In this document: one piece after another, positions 1 to 7,260 of the stretch | Layout of the letters: each line of letters starts with the position of its first letter | How positions within the stretch are numbered: position 1 is the stretch's first letter | Origin: Candidatus Hydrogenedentota bacterium | GTDB taxonomy: Bacteria > Hydrogenedentota > Hydrogenedentia > Hydrogenedentales > SLHB01 | DNA length: 25,351 nt | Direction of reading: 5' to 3' | Assembly: GCA_029974275.1 (NCBI GenBank) | Contig: JARKSN010000011.1 | Coordinates: forward strand, 1 to 25,351 | Translations under genes and position numbers: made by a program | The notes under the pieces: generated by a model | Seen by the model: the letters and a program-made list of their open reading frames with translations, nothing else | Told to the model about the DNA's origin: nothing | Database searches by the model: none

Positions 1-10
1 AAGCAGACCC

Positions 11-35
11 GCCCGGCACAGAGACCGGGCGCTAC
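11..35 (-). repeat. GTAG-type REP-like hairpin (minus strand GTAGCGCCCGGTCTCTGTGCCGGGC)
   Basis: GTAG tetranucleotide followed by an imperfect palindrome GCCCGG-N7-CCGGGC. A near-identical degenerate copy lies at 25257-25276. Confidence 0.65.
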
Positions 36-85
36 AAAGACATCAACGATGCCTATTCCCATGCACAATTTCCCTCGGCCTTTTA

Positions 86-99
86 ATGCAATTGCCCTG
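86..99 (+). mobile_element. Possible ISAs1-family-like terminal inverted repeat (right end of an IS remnant or MITE)
   Basis: ATGCAATTGCCCTG (reverse complement CAGGGCAATTGCAT). ISAs1-family ends begin CAGGG and the right end often reads '..AIAL', as here (FNAIAL). No transposase or partner end is visible in the window. Confidence 0.35.
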
Positions 100-122
100 C
101 CCTTCGTGCGCGCTGCGTTCTG

Positions 123-152
123 TTGCAACCTCGGAAGAGGGGGGCGTATAAT
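123..152 (+). promoter_or_regulatory. sigma70-type promoter for the arg/exb operon
   Basis: TTGCAA (123-128), 18-nt spacer, perfect TATAAT (147-152), about 200 nt upstream of argC. Confidence 0.7.
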
Positions 153-232
153 CCGGCGTTGCAACGCGGGTCGCGCCAGACCTGTACACTCCCCAAGAAT
201 CGTCCCGGGCGGGGTTCATTCCTTTGGCCGGG

Positions 233-269
233 GGCGTTTCGTGCGGGCTTGTCGCGAGGAACGCCTTTT
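233..269 (+). terminator. Hairpin plus short U-tract in the argC leader (possible attenuator)
   Basis: GGCGTTTC (233-240) pairs with GGAACGCC (258-265), with further inner pairs, followed by TTTT (266-269). Confidence 0.35.
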
Positions 270-352
270 CTGGGGCATCGCCTTGGATCGGGCCGCGGCG
301 GAAATCCGGAAAGAGGCGTTGAACGGCGCGGACGCGGGACGGGAGGTGTCGC

Positions 353-1366
353 GTGATCAAGGTGGGAATTGTTGGCGCCACGGGATATGGAGGCCGCGAG
401 CTGATTCGCTTGTTGGCGATGCATCCCAAGGCGCGTTTGGTCGAGGTCGCCTCGACCAGCGCTCCGGGCGAACGGCTGGATGCGGTGTTGCCGGCGTTTC
501 GGAAAACGACGGATTTGGTGTTTCAGCCGTTTGACGCGGAGGCGATGGCCAAGGCATGCGATGCTGTGTTTGTGGGAGTGCCCAGCGCGCATTCGATGCC
601 GATTGTGGCGGCGCTGCGCCGCGCCGGGGTCCGGGTGCTGGACATTGGGGCGGATTTCCGGTTGAAGGACCCTGTTCAGTGGACCAACTATTATAAGAGC
701 GAACACACGGCCCCGGAATGGCTTCCGGAGGCGACCTACGGCTTGGTTCCATATTACCGGGAGGCCTTGCGCGAGGCGACGTTGGCGGCGGTGCCGGGGT
801 GTTACCCGATCAGCGTCATCTTGCCGGTCCGCCCATTGTTGGACCAGGCGTTGCCATCGGTTCCGATCGTTGCCGATTGCATCAGCGGCATTTCCGGCGC
901 GGGACGATCGTTGAACGAGGCGTATCATTTCCCCGAGATGAACGAGAACCTTCGTGCATACAAGCTCGGGACCCATCAGCATATCCCCGAAATCGAGCAG
1001 GAACTCGGGGGAAGAGCGACGGTGCAGTTTACGCCGCATGTCGCGCCGTTGACCCGCGGCATTCTGAGCACGATTACAATTCGTTTCGCCGGAGACGTCG
1101 ACATCGAGGCGGCGTACGACCGCTATGCGCACGAGCCGTTTGTGCGCGTGCTGGGCGAGGGCGTTTTGCCGGAAGCGAAGCATGTGCGAGGATCGAATTT
1201 CTGCGACATCGGCTGGGTGAACGATGCGCGGACGGGCAATCTGCTCCTCGTCAGCGCGATTGACAATTTGATGGGGGGCACGGCGGGCATGGCGATTCAG
1301 TGCCTGAATGTGATGTTCGGCTTGGACGAACGGCTCGGCCTCGGGTTTGGGGGGATGACGCCATGA
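353..1366 (+). CDS. argC: N-acetyl-gamma-glutamyl-phosphate reductase
   Basis: Rossmann motif VGIVGATGYGG, catalytic PGCYP, SGISGAGR, HQHIPEI, FTPH and IDNLMGGTAG. GTG start with GGAGG RBS. Confidence 0.97.
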   Translation: MIKVGIVGATGYGGRELIRLLAMHPKARLVEVASTSAPGERLDAVLPAFRKTTDLVFQPFDAEAMAKACDAVFVGVPSAHSMPIVAALRRAGVRVLDIGADFRLKDPVQWTNYYKSEHTAPEWLPEATYGLVPYYREALREATLAAVPGCYPISVILPVRPLLDQALPSVPIVADCISGISGAGRSLNEAYHFPEMNENLRAYKLGTHQHIPEIEQELGGRATVQFTPHVAPLTRGILSTITIRFAGDVDIEAAYDRYAHEPFVRVLGEGVLPEAKHVRGSNFCDIGWVNDARTGNLLLVSAIDNLMGGTAGMAIQCLNVMFGLDERLGLGFGGMTP

Positions 1367-2568
1367 TGGCCATTGCAGGCGGGGTGACAGCCCCGAAGGG
1401 GTATCGCGCGGCGGGCGTGGCGGTAGGCATCAAGCCGAACAGCGCGAAGCTGGACTGCGCCCTTGTCGTGAGCGATGTGCCGTCGATTGTGGCGGGCGTT
1501 TTCACCACGAACGTGATGAAAGCGCCGTGCATTGCATGGAATCAACAGGTTTGCGCCCGGGGAATGGCCCAGGCCGCGTTCATCAATAGCGGCAATGCCA
1601 ACGCGGCCACGGGAGATCGCGGGGTTGCCGACGTGAAAGCGACGGCGGCGCTGGTGGCGGCGGGGTTGAACCTTGCGCCGGACCGCGTGTGCGTATGCAG
1701 CACGGGCGTGATTGGCGTGCCGCTTCCGATGGACCGTATCGGGAACGGCGTGCGCGGCTGTCTGGAATCGCTGTCGCCGACGGGCGGCGGAGACGCGGCC
1801 CGCGCCATCATGACGACGGACCTCGTGCCCAAGGAGCGCGCCGTCGAGATGCCGTTGTCGTGGGGCAAGGCGCGTCTTGGGGCGATCGCCAAAGGTTCGG
1901 GCATGATCGCCCCCAACATGGCGACCATGATTTGCGTGATCACGACCGATGTGAGCGTGGCCGCCGGGCCGTTGCGCGATGCGCTTCGGAAGGCCGTGGA
2001 CGCGTCGTTCAATCGCATCTGCGTGGACAACGACATGAGCACCAGCGATGCAGTGTTGTGTTTTGCGAACGGCCAGGCGGGGGGGGGCGCGTTGGCCCCG
2101 GGAACGGAAGACTACGAGACGTTTTCAGCGGCGTTGACGGGCTTGTGCAGGGATTTAGCGCAAGACCTTGTCCGCGACGGCGAAGGCGCGACCAAATTCG
2201 TCGAGATCGCGGTAAGCGGCGCGGATACGAACGAAAACGCCCAAAAAACGGCCCGGGCGATTGCGACGTCGGCGCTGTGCAAGACGGCCTTTTTCGGACA
2301 AGACCCGAACTGGGGCCGGATCGCGTGCGCGGCGGGCTATAGCGGCGTCGCGTTCGATCCGGCGAAACTATCCATCTGGATCGAAGACATCCAGCTCATG
2401 CGGGACGGCGCCGCGGCTGCGTTTGTCGAGGCGGAAGCGGCGGCATGCATGCAGCGCCCCGCGTTTCGCATACGGGTGAGTCTTGGCGATGGACCCGGCG
2501 AGGCGACGTATTGGACGTGCGACCTCAGCCACGACTATGTCGCCATCAACGCGGATTACCGAACCTAA
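1363..2568 (+). CDS. argJ: Ornithine acetyltransferase / N-acetylglutamate synthase ArgJ
   Basis: GVFTTN, NSGNANAATG, STGVIG, AIMTTD, KGSGMIAPNMATM (autocleavage Thr), DGEGATK, DPNWGR and C-terminal INADYRT. ATG overlaps the argC stop (ATGA); ATG at 1366 is an alternative start. Confidence 0.97.
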   Translation: MMAIAGGVTAPKGYRAAGVAVGIKPNSAKLDCALVVSDVPSIVAGVFTTNVMKAPCIAWNQQVCARGMAQAAFINSGNANAATGDRGVADVKATAALVAAGLNLAPDRVCVCSTGVIGVPLPMDRIGNGVRGCLESLSPTGGGDAARAIMTTDLVPKERAVEMPLSWGKARLGAIAKGSGMIAPNMATMICVITTDVSVAAGPLRDALRKAVDASFNRICVDNDMSTSDAVLCFANGQAGGGALAPGTEDYETFSAALTGLCRDLAQDLVRDGEGATKFVEIAVSGADTNENAQKTARAIATSALCKTAFFGQDPNWGRIACAAGYSGVAFDPAKLSIWIEDIQLMRDGAAAAFVEAEAAACMQRPAFRIRVSLGDGPGEATYWTCDLSHDYVAINADYRT

Positions 2569-3440
2569 TGAAACAGATGCAAGCGCTTATCGAGAAAGTG
2601 GCGACGCTCGTGGAGGCGTTGCCCTACATTCGCGAATTCGAAGGAAAGACCGTCGTCATCAAATACGGCGGCGCGGCGATGGAAAACCCGGTATTGCGGC
2701 ACAGCGTCGCCGAAGACATCACCTTGTTGAAGTACGTCGGCATGAACCCCGTCGTCGTGCACGGCGGCGGCCCGGAAATCAATCGCCGCCTCAAGCAATT
2801 GGGCGTCGAGGCGAAATTCCATAACGGCCTGCGCGTAACGGACGAGGAAACCATCCGCGTGGTCGAAATGGTGTTGTCGGGCACGATCAACAAGGAGATC
2901 GTGTCGCTGCTGAACATCGAAGGGGGCAACGCCGTCGGCCTGAGCGGCAAGGACGCGAACCTCATACACGCGAAACGGATGACGGCGGCCGACGGCGCCG
3001 ATCTGGGCTTTGTGGGGGAGATCACCGGCGTTCATTTTCAAATCCTCAACGTGCTGTGCCAAGCCGGAATGATCCCCGTAATCGCTCCCTTGGCGACCGA
3101 CGAGAAGGGCGGCACGTGGAACATCAATGCCGACACCGCGGCGGGCGAAGTGGCCGCGGCGTTGCAAGCCGAAAAACTTTTGTTTTTGACCGATACGCCG
3201 GGCTTGCTGCGCGATCCGAGCGATCCGGCGTCGCTCATTCAGCATGTGACCTACCAAGACATCGAGGCGTTGACGCGGGACGGCGTCATTTCCGGCGGCA
3301 TGATTCCCAAGGTGGAGGCCTGCCTCAAAGCGCTTGACTATGGCGTCAAGAAGACGCACATTATCGACGGGCGCGTGCCGCACGCCTTGTTGCTCGAAGT
3401 GTTCACCGTCCGCGGACTGGGCACCCTCGTCAGCCATTGA
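2568..3440 (+). CDS. argB: Acetylglutamate kinase
   Basis: LVEALPYI, VIKYGGAAM, VHGGGPEI, GLRVTD, NINAD, GGMIPKV and HIIDGR. ATG overlaps the argJ stop (TAATG). Confidence 0.97.
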   Translation: MKQMQALIEKVATLVEALPYIREFEGKTVVIKYGGAAMENPVLRHSVAEDITLLKYVGMNPVVVHGGGPEINRRLKQLGVEAKFHNGLRVTDEETIRVVEMVLSGTINKEIVSLLNIEGGNAVGLSGKDANLIHAKRMTAADGADLGFVGEITGVHFQILNVLCQAGMIPVIAPLATDEKGGTWNINADTAAGEVAAALQAEKLLFLTDTPGLLRDPSDPASLIQHVTYQDIEALTRDGVISGGMIPKVEACLKALDYGVKKTHIIDGRVPHALLLEVFTVRGLGTLVSH

Positions 3441-3473
3441 GACGGTTCCGGCCGGGTGCGGGAGGAAATCGCC

Positions 3474-4106
3474 GTGTCTTTGACCCCCATCGAAATCATC
3501 TGGCAAGGCGGGCCGCTGATGTGGCCCATCCTGTTGTGTTCGATCATCGCCCTCGCGATCACGATCGAGCGCTTGTATTCGCTGCGCAAGGCCGATGTCG
3601 AGATGCGCGAGTTCATGGACGCGATGCGCACCTTGTTGCGGCAAAATCGCGCGCAGGAAGCGGCGGACGTCTGCGAGACGACCGAGGGGCCGTTGCCGCG
3701 CGTGGCCAAGGCGGGCCTGCTCAAACAGGATCGCGGCAAGGCGGACATCCGTGCGGCCATCGAGGACGCCGGGCATCTGGAGGTGCCGCGCCTGGAACGG
3801 TATCTGGCGGGGCTGGCCACCTGCGCGAACGTCGCCCCGCTGTTGGGGCTCCTGGGCACGGTCACCGGCATGATCAAGGCGTTTCATAAGATAGCCGCGT
3901 TGCAGGGACAGGTGAATCCGGCGGACCTGGCCGAGGGAGTCAGCAACGCCCTGATCACCGCGGCGGCCGGCCTTACGGTGGCCATTCCGGCCCTGGTCGC
4001 GTACAACTATTTCGTGACGCGCGTGGACAACATGATCCTCGAAATGGAAGTGCGTTCGTCGGAATTGGTGGACTTGTTGACGCGAGGCCGCGATGGACTC
4101 GGATAG
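3474..4106 (+). CDS. exbB: MotA/TolQ/ExbB proton-channel family protein
   Basis: GGPLMWPILLCS..IER N-terminus, APLLGLLGTVTGMI and ALITAAAGLTVAIPA. GTG at 3474 is preferred because GGAGG lies at 3461-3465; the ORF track starts it at 3456. Confidence 0.93.
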   Translation: MSLTPIEIIWQGGPLMWPILLCSIIALAITIERLYSLRKADVEMREFMDAMRTLLRQNRAQEAADVCETTEGPLPRVAKAGLLKQDRGKADIRAAIEDAGHLEVPRLERYLAGLATCANVAPLLGLLGTVTGMIKAFHKIAALQGQVNPADLAEGVSNALITAAAGLTVAIPALVAYNYFVTRVDNMILEMEVRSSELVDLLTRGRDGLG

Positions 4107-4123
4107 GGAAGGCTTTTCTTTCC

Positions 4124-4567
4124 ATGGATTTCCGCAGAGGACGAAAACGAAAACTCGTGGCCGAGATGAGCGCAACGCCGATCATCAACGTCGTGTTTTT
4201 GCTGTTGGCCTTTTTTTTGCTCTCCTCCTCCTTTGTCACGCGCCCGCCCATTCTTCTCCACATGCCCGCAACGCAGGGAGCGCGGACAGTTGATCCGCAA
4301 GACGCCACGGTTTCCCTTCTTCCTCCGCCGGGCGGTCCCGACGACAAGGGCCCCGTTTTTTTCAACGACGAGGAAGTGGCGACGATGCGTCAGTTGGGGC
4401 AGTTGCTGACCGAGGCCCGGCAGCGCCGCCCGGAAATGGCGCTGATGATCCGCCCCGATGCCCGCGTGGACACCGGGCGGCTGGTCGAAGTCCTCGGCTT
4501 GGCGAACAGCGTCGGCATTGTCCGCTATCGGATTCCGGCTCAATCGCCGACGGAGACCGCCCCATGA
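4124..4567 (+). CDS. exbD: ExbD/TolR family biopolymer transport protein (TM Asp replaced by Asn)
   Basis: Basic N-terminus, TM segment TPIINVVFLLLAFFLL, periplasmic domain with IRPD..V..G.LVEVL...GI, directly after exbB. Confidence 0.88.
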   Translation: MDFRRGRKRKLVAEMSATPIINVVFLLLAFFLLSSSFVTRPPILLHMPATQGARTVDPQDATVSLLPPPGGPDDKGPVFFNDEEVATMRQLGQLLTEARQRRPEMALMIRPDARVDTGRLVEVLGLANSVGIVRYRIPAQSPTETAP

Positions 4568-4621
4568 GGCGGCGTCTTCCGGGAGAAAAACCCGCGATCG
4601 CGCCGCGGAGCGTCCCGCGCC

Positions 4622-5428
4622 TTGCCGGCTAGCCGCCCCATATGGCTTGCGTTGGCGGTGTCGGCCCTGCTGCATCTTTCCGCCGTCACCTTGTTTCGCA
4701 TCGTGGTCATGGCCCCGAGCGGGGGATCGCAGTACGGCGTTCTTGAGATTTTGCCCGCCGAGGACGGATCTCGCTTGGCGAAACTGGCGTTGTTTTCCGG
4801 AAATGACCAGCCGCTTCCGCCTTGGGAAGCCGATCGAAGCCCGTTCATGATGCCGGATTTTCACGCGGATGCGGAGGATGCAGGCCCCAAACTGCCCACT
4901 ATCCAATTGCCGCGCTTCGCGGCTGAGCCCATGGCCCCGCCCCGGCTCGCGACGGAGGATATCAGGCGAATCGATCGTCCCGCGGGCGAGCCGCGCGTCG
5001 AGCGATCGCCCGACTCTTGGGCGCGTTTGGGGCAAGGCGTCGAAGCGTTGCGGCTTGCCCTTTCGCGGGCGACGGGGCTGGAGGATCCGCGCATGCAGGA
5101 GGAGGGCCGCATCGCCATTGTGCAAACGCCGGCAGGGGTATCGGTCGACTTGACGTGGCTTTCGGATCCGCGCGATCGTGCGGTGACCTACTATCCCCGA
5201 TTGTCTGGCCTCTACGCCGTGAAGGATGCGGACCTCTCGCAGCCCGTGACGCTGCTGATAGCGGTCGACGCAAGCGGCAAGGTTGTTGAAGTGAAGGCTC
5301 CGCCGGAGGACGAGGCGGGAATCGTCAAGCTCCTGACGGACGCCCTGTGGAAATTCGAGTTCGTTTCGGCGTCCGAAGATATGCAACGGGCCGAAGTGAC
5401 GGCGTCCCTGGGAGCGCGCCGGCCATGA
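4622..5428 (+). CDS. TonB/TolA-like energy-transducer protein (divergent)
   Basis: N-terminal TM with SxxxH (VSALLHL), Pro-rich linker, C-terminal YP...VTLLIAVDASGKVVEV...ALWKFEF resembling TonB_C. Start uncertain (TTG with GGAG at 4607-4610). Confidence 0.7.
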   Translation: MPASRPIWLALAVSALLHLSAVTLFRIVVMAPSGGSQYGVLEILPAEDGSRLAKLALFSGNDQPLPPWEADRSPFMMPDFHADAEDAGPKLPTIQLPRFAAEPMAPPRLATEDIRRIDRPAGEPRVERSPDSWARLGQGVEALRLALSRATGLEDPRMQEEGRIAIVQTPAGVSVDLTWLSDPRDRAVTYYPRLSGLYAVKDADLSQPVTLLIAVDASGKVVEVKAPPEDEAGIVKLLTDALWKFEFVSASEDMQRAEVTASLGARRP

Positions 5429-5793
5429 TCCAGATCGAATTGGCCAGCGCGGTCTTGATGTATAGCGCCATCTTGTTGACGATCGTCGCTGGAATATGGG
5501 CGTACACCGAATTTTCCGTGCGGCGCGAACGGCGCTTTCTCGAGAAGCAGTACCATTGGCGGTGCGTTTTCTGCGGATTCACCTACCTTGATGAAAGCGG
5601 CGATCCCGTGTCGCAATGCCCACGATGCCGCAGTTACAATTCCGTCGAGGATGAGCGCGCCCGCGAAGTGCGTCCGATCGCCGTTTCGATCGCCGCCGAG
5701 AAGGGCCCCGCCCCGCCCGGAGAGGAGTTGCGCAGGAATCCCTCGCGCCGCAAACGGCCCCACCAGCGGCGGCGCGGCCCTCGCCGCAGGTAG
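5425..5793 (+). CDS. Hypothetical single-TM protein with CxxC...CxxC zinc ribbon and Arg-rich tail (122 aa)
   Basis: ATG overlaps the preceding stop (ATGA). Hydrophobic N-terminus, WRCVFCGFTY...SQCPRCRSYN and terminal RRNPSRRKRPHQRRRGPRRR. Confidence 0.8.
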   Translation: MIQIELASAVLMYSAILLTIVAGIWAYTEFSVRRERRFLEKQYHWRCVFCGFTYLDESGDPVSQCPRCRSYNSVEDERAREVRPIAVSIAAEKGPAPPGEELRRNPSRRKRPHQRRRGPRRR

Positions 5794-5846
5794 AAATAGC
5801 TGTTTCGAAAAGCCGCGAGATCGGCCACCGCCTGGCTAAACGGCGG

Positions 5847-7256
5847 CTAGTGTTTGTCCAGGTATTTGGCGACGATTCCCAGACTGCGCAACGAACCGCG
5901 GTGTTCCGGGTCGATGGCCAAACAGTTCAGAAAGGCTTCCCGCGCTTCTTCGTACTGGCCTTGGTTGAAAAAGACCACGCCGAGGTTGTTGTGCGCGGCG
6001 GCAAGCCCCATCGCCCCCGCCCGGCGGAAATGCGTCTTGGCTTCCTCGATCAAATGGTCGTAAAAAAAGAGTTCGCCGATCACGTTGTGCAGATTAGGGA
6101 GATCGTGACCTTGGCTCACCAGATCGAGCAGGGCCGCGCGCGCTTGGGGACGGCGTTCGAGACGAAGCATTTGGTGGACGTACAACTGCAGAGCTTCCAC
6201 GGAATCCGGCGCGGATTCGAGGGCGGCGCGCGATTCGAGGGCGGCTTCCTCAAGGCGGTTATCGCCTTCGAGCGCGAGGCTCAGGTGGCGATGGACCTCC
6301 GGCGCTTCCGGCGCATGTCGCTGCTCTTGTTGGAAGCATTCGACGGCGGTTCGCCACTGTTTTTCGGCCATCATGATGACGCCTAGGGCGCGCCAGGCTT
6401 CCGCGTACGCCGGGTCGAGCTCCAGGGCCACTTTGATGAAGCGCTTGGCTTCGTCGTTGCGGCCAAGCAGATGCAGCACGCCCGCCAGGTCTTTCAGCAC
6501 AACGGGGTTGGAGGGATCCCGTTTGAGCGATTCGCGATAGGCCGCCGCCGCTTGGGGATAGTTGCCGATCTCGGCGTATTGGTTGCCGAGTTCGGCGGCG
6601 GCGCGCGCGTCATCCGGGGCGGCTTGCAGCTTGTGCAGGCCAAGGCGGATGTATTGCTCCTGCTTCTGCCGGACGCGCTCCGATCCGCGTTCAAGCGGGT
6701 AGTGGTGAATGGGGATGGGGCAATCGACCACAACGATTCCGGCGCGTTCGAGCGACGCGACCACGCTTTCGTGCACGTTGCCTTCGAACGCGGCACCCCG
6801 GCGATTGGGAAACAGCCGCACCTTGGCGCTTGGGTACCATCCTGCGAATCCGCGCGCTATGGGATCGTCCGGGGCGCAGGGGTGAAATTCGCTGACGGAT
6901 CGGGTGTTGGTGTAGTTCCGTGTGACGAAGCGGTAGCAATTGTCCTGCGATCCCTGGGCCAGAGCGCGGATGGCGGGCAGATCGTCCGGAACGATGCGCT
7001 CGTCCGCGTCGATGATGAAAACCCAATCCGCGGTGCAGTGCCACAGCGACTCGTTGCGCGCGGCGGCGAAATCGTCGCACCACAGAAAAAAAGGCACTTT
7101 GGCTCCGGCGCTCCGGGCGATGGCGACGGTGTCGTCGCTCGATCCCGTGTCGACCACCACCAGTTCATCCACGAGCCCGCGCAGACCCTGGAGACATTCG
7201 GCAAGAAGAGCGCTTTCATCGCGGACGATCAAGGCCGCGGCAATGGTGCGCGCCAC
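5847..7256 (-). CDS. Family 2 glycosyltransferase with C-terminal TPR repeats
   Basis: LIVRDE, VVVDTGSSD, FAAARN, IDADE (DxD) and VHE, followed by multiple TPR-like helical repeats (LGNQY.., AWRALG.., AHNNLGVV..). Confidence 0.9.
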   Translation of the reverse strand: MARTIAAALIVRDESALLAECLQGLRGLVDELVVVDTGSSDDTVAIARSAGAKVPFFLWCDDFAAARNESLWHCTADWVFIIDADERIVPDDLPAIRALAQGSQDNCYRFVTRNYTNTRSVSEFHPCAPDDPIARGFAGWYPSAKVRLFPNRRGAAFEGNVHESVVASLERAGIVVVDCPIPIHHYPLERGSERVRQKQEQYIRLGLHKLQAAPDDARAAAELGNQYAEIGNYPQAAAAYRESLKRDPSNPVVLKDLAGVLHLLGRNDEAKRFIKVALELDPAYAEAWRALGVIMMAEKQWRTAVECFQQEQRHAPEAPEVHRHLSLALEGDNRLEEAALESRAALESAPDSVEALQLYVHQMLRLERRPQARAALLDLVSQGHDLPNLHNVIGELFFYDHLIEEAKTHFRRAGAMGLAAAHNNLGVVFFNQGQYEEAREAFLNCLAIDPEHRGSLRSLGIVAKYLDKH

Positions 7257-7260
7257 AGCG

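Noticed and set aside
55..100. AT-rich ATGCA-containing stretch as an ARG box
   Set aside because: It matches the 18-bp ARG box poorly, lies upstream of the -35, and is better explained as a repeat or IS end.
1300..2567. Longer ORF-track starts for argJ (1300) and argB (2445), likewise xseA (21018) and ispA (22590)
   Set aside because: The extensions precede the recognisable family N-termini and mostly overlap upstream genes; for argJ, argB and ispA the stop-start coupled ATGs fit better.
2565..4175. 536-aa minus-strand ORF
   Set aside because: It is antisense to argB and exbB, which have clear family motifs; a typical shadow ORF of GC-rich coding DNA.
4007..5386. 459-aa minus-strand ORF, and similar long overlapping ORFs such as 83..1183 and 16409..17470
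   Set aside because: They overlap better-supported genes and have no recognisable domains or RBS.
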